NCBI GenBank assembly: GCA_021798745.1
Contig: JAJZBW010000003.1
Span: forward strand, 1-38,258
Direction of reading: 5' to 3'
Length of the DNA stretch: 38,258 nucleotides
Origin: Actinomycetes bacterium
Lineage (GTDB): Bacteria; Actinomycetota; Acidimicrobiia; Acidimicrobiales; Bog-793
A program made the position numbers and the translations under genes. The notes beneath the pieces were generated by a model that did not search any database, had not been told where the DNA came from, and saw nothing but the letters and a program-made list of their open reading frames with translations. Positions 25,586 through 34,467 of this stretch are shown here, one piece after another; position 1 is the stretch's first letter; every line of letters begins with the position of its first letter.

Positions 25586-27090
25586 CCTCCGGGCCACCTC
25601 CCGAGCCCGCGGGCGCCGGTCGCTCCGCTCGAGTGCTCCCGGCGAGCGAGCTCGTCGCCTCGGCCCGGGAGCTCCTCGGGCGCGGCCAGCGGCTCGCGCT
25701 CGTCGCGTGTCACGACGACGGCGACTCCCTGCGCGCGGTCTACCTCTTCCTCGGCTCGCGTCCCGAGAGGCGCGACGAGCTCCACGTGCTCCTCGATCCG
25801 GCGCGTCCCGAGGTGCCGACGACCGCCGGGCTCTGCTTCCCCGGCGGACGGTTCGAGCGGGAGATGCACGACCTGTTCGGCGTCGTCCCGGTGGGGCACC
25901 CGCTCCCGCGCCGGCTCGTCCGCCACTCGAGCTGGCCCGCCGGCTGGTACCCGATGCGCCGCGGCGCGGGGGACCCGCCTCCTTTCGCCGCCCGCAGCGA
26001 TCCCTACCCGTTCCTCGAGGTGGAGGGGACCGGCGTCTACGAGATCCCCGTGGGACCGATCCACGCGGGCATCATCGAGCCCGGCCACTTCCGGTTCTCG
26101 GTCGTCGGAGAGACGATCCTCAAGCTCAAGGCTCGGCTGTGGTTCCTGCACCGAGGGATGGAGCGCTGCTTCGAGGGTCGCCGCGTCGCGGACGGGGTCG
26201 TCCTCGCCGAACGGATCTCCGGCGACACCTCCGCCGCGCACGGGCTCGCGTACGCGCGGGCCGTCGAGGATGCGCTCGGGTGGGACGTCGGACCGGACGT
26301 GCGGCGTCTCCGTGCGCTCGTCCTCGAGCTCGAGCGCATCACGAACCACGTCGCGGACCTCGGCGCTCTCGCGAACGACGCGGGCCTCTCGGTCGTGAAC
26401 GGCCACGCGCTCGCGCTCCGGGAGCGGATGCTCCGCATGGCCGAGCGGGTGACAGGGCATCGACTCTGGCGCGGCGCGATCCACCCCGGAGGGGTCCGCC
26501 TCGCCTCGCTCCCGGACCCGCGCGAGCTCGCCGAGGTCGCACGCGGCGCAGACGAGGTCGCGCGGAACGCTCTCGGGAACACGACCGTCCGCGACCGCTT
26601 CGAAGGAACCGCCGTGCTCCGCGCGGACGATGCCTCGGCGCTCGGGTGCCTCGGAGTCGTCGCACGCGCGAGCGGGATTCGCGTCGACGCTCGAGCCGAC
26701 CACCCCGCGTGCGACCTGGCCGTCGACCCGGTCGTCCGGGACGGAGGGGACGTCCTCGCCCGGTTCCTCGTGCGCCGCGACGAGGTCGCCGCGTCCGTCG
26801 GGCTCGTCGCCGTCCTCTCGTCCGAGGCGGGCGCTCGCCTCTCTCTCGCCCACCCCGCCCCGCGCGAGGCGCGGCCCACCTCCAGCGGCATCGGCATCGT
26901 CGAGGGCTCGAGGGGGACGATCGTGCACCGTGTCGAGATCGACGGCGAGCTGCTCGCACGCGTGAAGGTCGTCGATCCGTCGTGGTTCAACTGGCCCGCG
27001 CTGCCTGTCGCGCTCGCGGACACCATCGTCCCGGACTTCCCGCTCGCGAACAAGAGCTTCGGGCTCTCCTACGCAGGGAACGACCTCTGA
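25582..27090 (+). CDS. hycE: Ehr complex large subunit (HycE-like NuoC-NuoD fusion) lacking [NiFe] ligands
   Basis: FEREMHDLFG, GPIHAGIIEPGHFRF, HRGME, ERISGD, ELERI, VEGSRG, DPSWFNW and VPDFPLANKSFGLSYAGNDL. Confidence 0.93.
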   Translation: MTSGPPPEPAGAGRSARVLPASELVASARELLGRGQRLALVACHDDGDSLRAVYLFLGSRPERRDELHVLLDPARPEVPTTAGLCFPGGRFEREMHDLFGVVPVGHPLPRRLVRHSSWPAGWYPMRRGAGDPPPFAARSDPYPFLEVEGTGVYEIPVGPIHAGIIEPGHFRFSVVGETILKLKARLWFLHRGMERCFEGRRVADGVVLAERISGDTSAAHGLAYARAVEDALGWDVGPDVRRLRALVLELERITNHVADLGALANDAGLSVVNGHALALRERMLRMAERVTGHRLWRGAIHPGGVRLASLPDPRELAEVARGADEVARNALGNTTVRDRFEGTAVLRADDASALGCLGVVARASGIRVDARADHPACDLAVDPVVRDGGDVLARFLVRRDEVAASVGLVAVLSSEAGARLSLAHPAPREARPTSSGIGIVEGSRGTIVHRVEIDGELLARVKVVDPSWFNWPALPVALADTIVPDFPLANKSFGLSYAGNDL

Positions 27091-27131
27091 GGAGCGAGCC
27101 TACGGCGCTCCCGTGACGTCGAGCGGCGGCG

Positions 27132-27494
27132 CTATGCGCCACCCGGCTCGGTTCCCGGCATCTGCTCGCCCGAGTCGGTGGCGATCGCACGTCCCTGGTC
27201 TCGGATCTCGCGCGCATACTCCGCGATCCGGAACACGACCGCCACCACCTCGAGGCTCACGCGCGCGAGAGCGAGGTAGAGGACGTACGCGATGGGCACA
27301 CCGATGACCCCGATCGCGACGTCGGCTCCTCCTCGCGACACGAGCCCTACGAACACAACGATCGCGACCAGCGAGTACACGATCGTCGTCACGATGTAGA
27401 GAGTCCTCACGATCCTCGTCGTGACGAAGGTCGTGAAGGAGAAGTCGTAGAGGCTGCGCAGGAACCCCTTCGCGCCATCCTCGTCACCAACCAT
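27132..27494 (-). CDS. DUF4282-like small membrane protein
   Basis: GFLRSLYDFSFTTFVTTRIVRTLY and RVSLEVVAVVFRIAE with TM helices. GGAGG upstream of ATG 27494. Confidence 0.82.
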   Translation of the reverse strand: MVGDEDGAKGFLRSLYDFSFTTFVTTRIVRTLYIVTTIVYSLVAIVVFVGLVSRGGADVAIGVIGVPIAYVLYLALARVSLEVVAVVFRIAEYAREIRDQGRAIATDSGEQMPGTEPGGA

Positions 27495-27860
27495 CGCCCT
27501 CCCCCACGGTCCCGGCCGATAGGCGACTCGGCGTGCGAGATGATAGCGGCACGCTGTCCAATAAGCACGTGGCTGCATCTACCTGTCGGCCGTCGTCTGC
27601 AGCGCACCGCGGCGAGGCCTCCGAGCACGGTCGCGACGCCGTCGCAGTCGATCGTGCGAGCGACCTCGATGACGACGCGGTCGCGGCCCTTCTCGCAGAA
27701 CAGGTGCACGAGATTCGGCACCCGCTCGTCTCTCGTCTGGTCGAGCGGGGAGCCTGCGGCTCTCACGACGTCCGTGCAGCGCGGACGAGAGGATCGAGTC
27801 GACCCGGTCCGGTATGTCGCCACGCTCGGGCGCAGATAGGACCTGGGCACGCTACGACCC

Positions 27861-28508
27861 ATGACCGGGAGGCGAGCCGAGACGCTGCTGGAGACGATGT
27901 CCCAGATCGAGCACTTCACCCTCGGCCGAGCCTGGACCGGTCTGACCGACGACGAGCTCTTCTGGGAGCCATTCCCGACGGCGCGGAGCATTCGTCGCCG
28001 CGACCAGTGCAAGACGCCCGACCCGTTCGGAGCCGGCGAGTGGGTGGCGGACTTTGCGATCCCCGAGCCGACCCCGGTCCCGGTGACCACCATCGCCTGG
28101 CTGTACTGGCACGTGGGATCGGTCCCCGCTCGTCTGTGTGACATCGACTTCCTGGGCGGGACGCGAGCAGTGGCAAGCGGCTGGACGTCCCCGTACCTGA
28201 GTCATCATCCGATGTTCGCCAGCGCGGCCGAAGCGGTCACCGCGCTGCGTGACGGCTGGCAGAGGCTCCGCGGCGCGCTCGAGCAGGCCCGTGCCGGCCA
28301 GCTCGACGTGAGGACTGCTGCGTACACCTATGCCGCCGAGCCGCTGCGAGACGGCCTCTGCGTCGTCGGCCCGCCGGGTCACGCCCGCCCGGCCACGCAC
28401 TTCATCGCCGGCACGCTCAACGAGGTGGGCCATCACGGGACCCAGATCGGCGCCCTGCGCGACTTCTACGCATGGCGCCCGTCGGCTGCCACCGGCACGC
28501 TGACGTGA
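27861..28508 (+). CDS. DinB-family (DinB_2) protein
   Basis: GLTDDELFWEP, PVTTIAWLYWH and EVGHHGTQIGALRDFY, the His pattern of DinB/YfiT-like proteins. Confidence 0.85.
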   Translation: MTGRRAETLLETMSQIEHFTLGRAWTGLTDDELFWEPFPTARSIRRRDQCKTPDPFGAGEWVADFAIPEPTPVPVTTIAWLYWHVGSVPARLCDIDFLGGTRAVASGWTSPYLSHHPMFASAAEAVTALRDGWQRLRGALEQARAGQLDVRTAAYTYAAEPLRDGLCVVGPPGHARPATHFIAGTLNEVGHHGTQIGALRDFYAWRPSAATGTLT

Positions 28509-28639
28509 CAGGACCGGCGGCATAGCCGTGCGGCGTGCGTCGCGTCACTCCGGCTCGTGCACGGCGAGTGGCTCGAATGGGAGCGGGGCGAGACCGTCCC
28601 CGCTGGCGCCGCCGCGTGCTGTGACAACGGTCGCGCCCT

Positions 28640-29464
28640 TTACGTCGACTCGGCTACGCAGCGGTTCACACACTGGCCGAGGCCCTCGATCCGCGAGCGG
28701 AGCACGCTCCCCGGCCTCAGGTAGACGGGGGGCTGTCGGGCTGCGCCGACACCCGACGGCGTCCCCGACGCGATGACGTCACCAGGGCGCAGCGTCCGGA
28801 TCTGGCTCACGTAGGAGACCAGCGCTGCCGGGCCGAAGAGCAGATCGGAGGTCCGGGACTGCTGCACGACCACGTCGTCCACCTCGCAGGTGATCTCGAG
28901 GTCCTCGGCGCCGTCGACCTCGTCCGGCGTCACGACGTAGGGCCCGAACGGCGTGAGCCGCTCGAACGCCTTTCCCTGGAGCCACTGTGACGTCCGGCGC
29001 TGCCAGTCGCGCAGCGAGATGTCGTTCAGGACCGCGAACCCGCCGATTGCCGCGCGCGCCTCGTCGACGCCCGCCCGGCGGATTGCCGTGCCGACGACGA
29101 CCGCGAGCTCGACCTCCCAGTCCGGAGCGGCGCTCACCGCGGGGAGGACAACGTCGTCGCGGGCGCCGATGAGTGCGTCGGTGAACTTCGCGAACAGCGT
29201 TGGGTACTCGGGAACCTCCCTATTGCCCTCGGAGATGTGGGCGAGGTAGTTGAGACCGACGCAGACGATCGCCGACGGGGCGAGCACGGGCGGCGCGAAG
29301 TCGGCCACCTCGACCGGGATCGGGGCGGCGTCGGGGCGAGCACGAACCACCGGGTCCGTTCCGAGGACGGCACCCACGTCAGGGGCGTCGAGAGGGCGCA
29401 GGACGTCGTTGTCGAGGACGGCAGCCGTCGTGCTCGACCCGAGCCGCAAGGTGGCCAGCTTCAC
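28640..29464 (-). CDS. Fumarylacetoacetate hydrolase family protein
   Basis: VCVGLNYLAH, PTLFAKF, DWEVEL, NDISLRDWQ, QWLQGK and PGDVIASGTPSGVG. AGGAGG upstream of GTG 29464. Confidence 0.93.
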   Translation of the reverse strand: MKLATLRLGSSTTAAVLDNDVLRPLDAPDVGAVLGTDPVVRARPDAAPIPVEVADFAPPVLAPSAIVCVGLNYLAHISEGNREVPEYPTLFAKFTDALIGARDDVVLPAVSAAPDWEVELAVVVGTAIRRAGVDEARAAIGGFAVLNDISLRDWQRRTSQWLQGKAFERLTPFGPYVVTPDEVDGAEDLEITCEVDDVVVQQSRTSDLLFGPAALVSYVSQIRTLRPGDVIASGTPSGVGAARQPPVYLRPGSVLRSRIEGLGQCVNRCVAEST

Positions 29465-29592
29465 CGGTGCCCTCCTGTCTACGTTGCCGATCACCTGCGC
29501 CCGCGCGTCCGCCTCGCAGGCGCACCCGACGCCGCCGCCTGCGGGTCGGTCTCGGCCCGTCCCCCGGATACGACCTTCTCGTGCGCGCGTCG

Positions 29593-29609
29593 GTATGCAA
29601 GAGTATACT
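29593..29609. promoter_or_regulatory. Candidate GntR/FCD operator overlapping a -10 element, between the divergent FAH gene and tcuA
   Basis: GTATGC-AAGA-GTATAC, with TATACT at 29604-29609. Confidence 0.55.
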
Positions 29610-29639
29610 TTCCGCGTGTCCCCATCGAGCCGCAAGGTG

Positions 29640-31103
29640 ATGCGCCGCATCACGCCCGTGAGGGGCGCTATCGGCGGCGAGGGACGGGAGGCCGGCACCT
29701 CGCTCTCGCAGCTCTCCGCACGGCCGTGGGACGTCATCGTCATCGGCGGCGGCAACGCCGCCCTCGTCGCCGCGCTGTCGGCGGCGGACAAGGGTGCGAA
29801 CGTCCTGCTCCTCGAGCGCGCTCCCGAGGTGTTCCGCGGGGGGAACACCCGTCACACCCGCAACGTGCGCTGCGTCCATGACGGTACGGACGAGCACGTC
29901 ACGGGGAGCTATCTCTTCGACGAGCTCTGGCAGGACCTGTGTGCGATCGGCGACGGTCCGAGCAACGAGAAGCTCGCAACGATCACCGTGCGCGAATCCG
30001 AGCTCCTCCCCCGCTGGATGAGCGCCCATGGCGTCCACTGGCAGCCGGCCCTGCGCGGCACCCTCCAGCTCACCAGGACGAACCGCTTCTTCCTCGGAGG
30101 TGGGAAGGCGCTCGTCAATACCTACTACCGGACCGCCGCGACACGCGCGGTCACGATCGCATACGACGCCACGGTGGAGGATCTCCTCGTCACCGGCGAG
30201 CGCTGCACGGGTGTGCTCGTGACCCAGAGCGGGACGAGCGCCGAGCTGCGGACCGGGGCGGTCGTGTGCGCGTCGGGGGGCTTCGAGGCGAACGTCCCGT
30301 GGCTGCGCGAGTACTGGGGCGCCGCGGCCGAGAACTACATCGTCCGAGGGGCGCGCTACAACGACGGGCTGGTGCTGAGCGCTCTGTACCGGCACGGCGC
30401 GGCAAAGGCCGGCCAGGAGCGTGGCTTCCACGCGATCGCCGTCGACGCCCGCTCCCCGCGCTACGACGGAGGCATCGCCACGCGCCTCGACACGATTCCC
30501 TTCAGCATCGTGGTCAATCGCGACGCCCGGCGCTTCGACGACGAAGGCGAAGACCTCTGGCCCAAGCGTTACGCGACCTGGGGACACAAGATCGCGCTGC
30601 AGGCCGACCAGATCGCGTACTCGATCTGGGATGCCAAGGTCGACCACCTGTTCTTGCCCCCCCTCTACCCACCTCTCGTCGGCGACAGCGTGAGCAGCCT
30701 CGCGCTTCACCTCGGCATCGACCCCGTCGCCCTCCAAACGACGACTGCGGCGTACAACGCCAGCATCAGCGACGGTGGACGGTTCGACACGAGCGGCCTC
30801 GACGACTGCTCGACCCGCGGGCTCACACCCCCGAAGAGCCACTGGGCGCTCAAGATCGACCAGCCTCCCTTCTACGGCGTCCCACTGCGCCCGGGCATCA
30901 CCTTCACCTATCTCGGGGTTGCGGTCGACGAGAGCGCGCGTGTGCTCCGCACCGACGACTCGCGATTCGAGAACATCTTTGCTGCGGGGGAAATCATGTC
31001 CGGGAACATCCTCTCGAGCGGCTACCTCGCCGGCTTCGGTCTCACGATCGGCGGCGTGTGGGGTCGGATCGCCGGCGAGGAGGCGACGCGTGCCGCTCTC
31101 TGA
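29640..31103 (+). CDS. tcuA: FAD-dependent tricarballylate dehydrogenase TcuA-like flavoprotein
   Basis: DVIVIGGGNAAL, RGGNTRHTRN, FFLGGGKALVN, SGGFEAN, HAIAVDARSPRYDGGIATRLD, WPKRYA, PGITFTYLG and AAGEIMSGNIL..GYLAG. Start uncertain (29640 or 29658). Confidence 0.92.
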   Translation: MRRITPVRGAIGGEGREAGTSLSQLSARPWDVIVIGGGNAALVAALSAADKGANVLLLERAPEVFRGGNTRHTRNVRCVHDGTDEHVTGSYLFDELWQDLCAIGDGPSNEKLATITVRESELLPRWMSAHGVHWQPALRGTLQLTRTNRFFLGGGKALVNTYYRTAATRAVTIAYDATVEDLLVTGERCTGVLVTQSGTSAELRTGAVVCASGGFEANVPWLREYWGAAAENYIVRGARYNDGLVLSALYRHGAAKAGQERGFHAIAVDARSPRYDGGIATRLDTIPFSIVVNRDARRFDDEGEDLWPKRYATWGHKIALQADQIAYSIWDAKVDHLFLPPLYPPLVGDSVSSLALHLGIDPVALQTTTAAYNASISDGGRFDTSGLDDCSTRGLTPPKSHWALKIDQPPFYGVPLRPGITFTYLGVAVDESARVLRTDDSRFENIFAAGEIMSGNILSSGYLAGFGLTIGGVWGRIAGEEATRAAL

Positions 31104-32340
31104 CGAGCTCGCCGACGAGGCTCGCCGGCAGTTCACGATCTGCAACGCGTGTCGCTACTGCGAGGGCTACTGTCCGGTCTTCGTCGCACTCGAGCGATCC
31201 CCCGTATGGTCCAACGACCGCATCGAGCATCTCGCCCATCTCTGCCACGACTGCCGCGGCTGCTACTACGCGTGCATGTACGCCCCGCCACACGCCTTCG
31301 CGGTGAACATCCCTCAGCTCTTCCAGGAGGTACGGCTCCTCCGCTACGAGGGCGCGCCCGGGGGCATCCGCCGCTCCGGTGGAGCTGCGCACCCACCGGA
31401 GCGCCCCACCGGCACAGAGACGGGTCGCTCCCCCGTCGAGGTCGCCGTCCGGTCCGGGCGTCGCGCGGCCCGACGGGCAATCGGCACCACGGCGCTCACC
31501 TACCTCGTCGTCGGCGCGCTGGTCACGGTCGTGGCGGGTGCCGTGCGCGGTCTCGGTGCCGTCTGGCAGGTCCGCCACGGGGCGACGTCCCCGTACGCGA
31601 TCATTCCCGACGGCGCGCTCGTCGCCGTCTCGCTCGCGATCGCTCTCTTCGCCGTCGTCGCGGTCGCTCTCCGGGCTCGGCGCGCGTGGCGTGCGACGGC
31701 CACCGTCGCGCTCGGGGCCCGGCGCCGGGAGATCCTCCGCGCCGCCCTTGCCGACGCGGCGGCGCTCCGGCAGCTCCATGGGGGTGGCCCCGGCTGCCAC
31801 GCCGAGAGGGACGTGGTCGGGCGAGGTCGGAAACGGCTGCACGGATTCGTCTCCGTCGGCTTCTCGCTGTGTCTCGCGTCGACGATCTCCGCCGCAGTCG
31901 AGCAGGACGTCGCCGGTGTCCTTCCCCCGTACCCGCTCGCGTCGCCGCCGGTCGTGCTCGGACTGGTCGGTGGCGTCCTGCTCGCCGCCGGCTGCATCGG
32001 CCTCTCCTACACCAAGCTGCGCGCCGACCGCGCGCCGGCGAGCAGTGCCATGCTCGTGCGCGATTACGGGCTCCTCGCCAGCCTCGGCTTCATCGCCCTC
32101 AGCGGGCTGGGGACATTCGCCGCCCGCACGAGCGCCGGCTACGGCGTCGCCCTGCTGATCCACCTCGCCGCCGTGCTGAGCCTCTTCGCCCTCGCGCCCT
32201 TCAGCAAGCTCACCCACGCCGTGTACCGCACCATCGCCCTCGTGGTGGAGAACGCCGAGGTGGCGGCGGAGCAGGCGGGCACCCTCGGTCCGCCTCCGGC
32301 CGAGGCGGAGCCGATCAGGACGACGCTGAGTACATCTTGA
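31090..32340 (+). CDS. tcuB: Tricarballylate utilisation 4Fe-4S membrane protein TcuB-like
   Basis: ICNACRYCEGYCPVF and LCHDCRGCYYACMYAPPH.F.VNIP, then TM helices and PFSKLTHAVYR. Confidence 0.92.
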   Translation: MPLSDELADEARRQFTICNACRYCEGYCPVFVALERSPVWSNDRIEHLAHLCHDCRGCYYACMYAPPHAFAVNIPQLFQEVRLLRYEGAPGGIRRSGGAAHPPERPTGTETGRSPVEVAVRSGRRAARRAIGTTALTYLVVGALVTVVAGAVRGLGAVWQVRHGATSPYAIIPDGALVAVSLAIALFAVVAVALRARRAWRATATVALGARRREILRAALADAAALRQLHGGGPGCHAERDVVGRGRKRLHGFVSVGFSLCLASTISAAVEQDVAGVLPPYPLASPPVVLGLVGGVLLAAGCIGLSYTKLRADRAPASSAMLVRDYGLLASLGFIALSGLGTFAARTSAGYGVALLIHLAAVLSLFALAPFSKLTHAVYRTIALVVENAEVAAEQAGTLGPPPAEAEPIRTTLSTS

Positions 32341-32941
32341 GCCGCACGTCGCGCGCGGCGCTCATATGCGACCAGGCAACCTTGGCCGCGTCGTCGGGTC
32401 GTCCCTCTCGGATGGCCCGGATCAGTTCGTCGTGCTCGGCGAGCACAGCCTCCCAGCGCCCCGGATAGGTGAGCGTCGTCTCCGGGTAGCGGCGGAGCTG
32501 CACGTTGATCCGATCGAGGAGATCACACAGCGTCCGGTTGTGGCTGGACGCCCAGATCTGCTCGTGGAACTCCGCGTTGGCGCGCACGCGCGCCGCGGTA
32601 TCGGAGTCGGCGGTCTCGGCGAGCACGCGCTGGGCGTTGACGAGGCGGCTGAGGTCGAGCTCGGTGCGGTGGGCCGCTGCCGACCGTGCTGCGTACTCTT
32701 CGAGCAGCACCCGCATCTCGTAGATCTCGAGGATCTCCTCGGGGCTGCGTCGGCTGACAGCGAGCCCGCGACCGCTCGGTTCGACGAGACCATCCTGACG
32801 GAGCTTCAACAGGGCTTCCCGCACGGGCGTACGCGATATGCCGTACTGTCCCGCGAGGGCCGTTTCGACGAGCGGGGAGCCCGGCGGAAGGGCACCGGAG
32901 ACGATGGCCTCACGCAGCTCTTCGTAAACCGATCTCGCCAT
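32315..32941 (-). CDS. GntR-family regulator (FCD domain)
   Basis: VYEELREAIVSG.LPPG, GISRTPVREAL, EIYEMRVLLE, NAEFH and EHDELIRAI. Alternative TTG start at 32977. Confidence 0.93.
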   Translation of the reverse strand: MARSVYEELREAIVSGALPPGSPLVETALAGQYGISRTPVREALLKLRQDGLVEPSGRGLAVSRRSPEEILEIYEMRVLLEEYAARSAAAHRTELDLSRLVNAQRVLAETADSDTAARVRANAEFHEQIWASSHNRTLCDLLDRINVQLRRYPETTLTYPGRWEAVLAEHDELIRAIREGRPDDAAKVAWSHMSAARDVRLKMYSASS

Positions 32942-33048
32942 GGCGGCGTCATCCTTCTCGAGAGTCCGGGTGCGCAAGGAGCCTGTTCACAGTGTCGACA
33001 GCTGCGCGCAAAGCGTACCCGAGCGGGCCGCGCCCGAGGACGACACGC

Positions 33049-34467
33049 TCACCAGCGCAGCGAGAGGAGGCGCTCCTCGCTCATCTCGTGAATGGCGTAG
33101 CGAGGGCCCTCACGGCCGTTCCCGCTCGCCTTCTGGCCGCCGTAGGGCATCACGTCAAGGCGCCCGTTCGACGTCTCGTTCACGTGGACGGATCCCACCT
33201 GGAGATGCTCGGCTGCGTACATCGCCCGGGCGAGCGAGCGCGTGAAGATGCCGGCCGCGAGCCCGTAGGGGGTTTCGTTGGCCTCGGCGACGGCCGCAGC
33301 GAGATCGCCAAAGGGTCGGATGCAGACGACCGGCCCGAAGACCTCCTCGCACATCACCCGCGAACGCGGATCGACGTCGACGAGGACCGTCGGCTGAACG
33401 ACGGCACCCTCGCGCGTTCCCCCCGCCACGACACCGGCGCCGGCACTCACGGCCTCGTCGACCCACTCTTGGACGCGCTCCGCCTCGCGCTCGCTGATCA
33501 GCGGGCCGATATAGCTCGAGGGATCGCGCGGGTCGCCACCAGGACGCGAGGAGAGGTCGGCACGCAGCTGCTCGACGACCGTGTCGAGGACACCGTCTTG
33601 GACGTAAAGACGCTGCACAGACGTGCAGACCTGGCCGGCCTTACGGAACGCCGCGTCACGGCACCGTCCGATGCAGTCCTCGAGGTCAGCGTCATCGCAG
33701 ATGATCGTGCTCGCCAGGCTGCCGAGCTCGAGCTGACGACGACGGATCCCGATGCTGCGAGCGATCAGCTCGCCGACCGCGGTGCTCCCCGTGAAGGCAT
33801 AGAAGCCGGGAAGAGGATCTTCCAGCAGACACGACCCGACCGTCGCGCCGTCGCCGTGGAGCAACGCCACGTAGCCCGGCGGCAGGCCCGCGGCGAGGAG
33901 CAGAGAGACGACCTTCGCCGCCGAGATCGGCGTCGCGGTCGCGGGCTTGATCACGACCGCGTTGCCGGCGGCGATCGCCGGGCCCACCTTGTGCAACAGC
34001 GTGTTGAGCGGTGAGTTGAAGGGAGTGATCGCGCAGACCAGGCCGATCGGCGAGCGCAGCGTGAACGCGACGCGCCCGGTCACCCCGGGCGTCCCGGCGA
34101 TCGGCACGAGCTCGCCGACGAGGCGTGCCGCCTCGCTCGCGCACAGCTTCAGCGTCTGCACGCCACGTGTTACCTCACGTCGCGCATCCGCGCGAGTGAA
34201 GCCGGTCTCTCCGACGATCGCTTCCTCGAACGCCTCTTGGCGGCTCTCGAGCAACGCAGCGGCGTCTTCGAGGATGCGCGCCCGCTCGGCAGGGGTGAGG
34301 GGCGTGCCCTGCTGAGACTGCAGCGCATGGCGCGTCGCCCGGGCAACCTGATCCTTCGAGGCATAGTGCACGACGCCGATGGGCGAGGCGTCGAACTTGT
34401 CGAGCACGGGTGCGCTGTCCTCGCCGTCGCGCCAGTCGCCTTCGAAGTAGAGACGGAGAGAATTCAT
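33049..34467 (-). CDS. NAD(P)-dependent aldehyde dehydrogenase
   Basis: ITPFNSP, IKPA, FTGS, LELG, KAGQVCTS (catalytic Cys), EEVFGP and YGLAAGIFT. ATGA overlap with the MmgE/PrpD gene. Confidence 0.94.
   Translation of the reverse strand: MNSLRLYFEGDWRDGEDSAPVLDKFDASPIGVVHYASKDQVARATRHALQSQQGTPLTPAERARILEDAAALLESRQEAFEEAIVGETGFTRADARREVTRGVQTLKLCASEAARLVGELVPIAGTPGVTGRVAFTLRSPIGLVCAITPFNSPLNTLLHKVGPAIAAGNAVVIKPATATPISAAKVVSLLLAAGLPPGYVALLHGDGATVGSCLLEDPLPGFYAFTGSTAVGELIARSIGIRRRQLELGSLASTIICDDADLEDCIGRCRDAAFRKAGQVCTSVQRLYVQDGVLDTVVEQLRADLSSRPGGDPRDPSSYIGPLISEREAERVQEWVDEAVSAGAGVVAGGTREGAVVQPTVLVDVDPRSRVMCEEVFGPVVCIRPFGDLAAAVAEANETPYGLAAGIFTRSLARAMYAAEHLQVGSVHVNETSNGRLDVMPYGGQKASGNGREGPRYAIHEMSEERLLSLRW

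Noticed and set aside
19950-27090. Group 4 [NiFe] hydrogenase, formate hydrogenlyase or complex I
   Set aside because: The Ni-binding CxxC motifs are absent, and there are no hyp, fdh or nuoEFG genes in the window. The gene set fits Ehr.
29640-31103. CobZ (precorrin-3B synthase) or fumarate reductase flavoprotein
   Set aside because: A separate TcuB follows directly, no cob or frd genes are nearby, and the context is catabolic.
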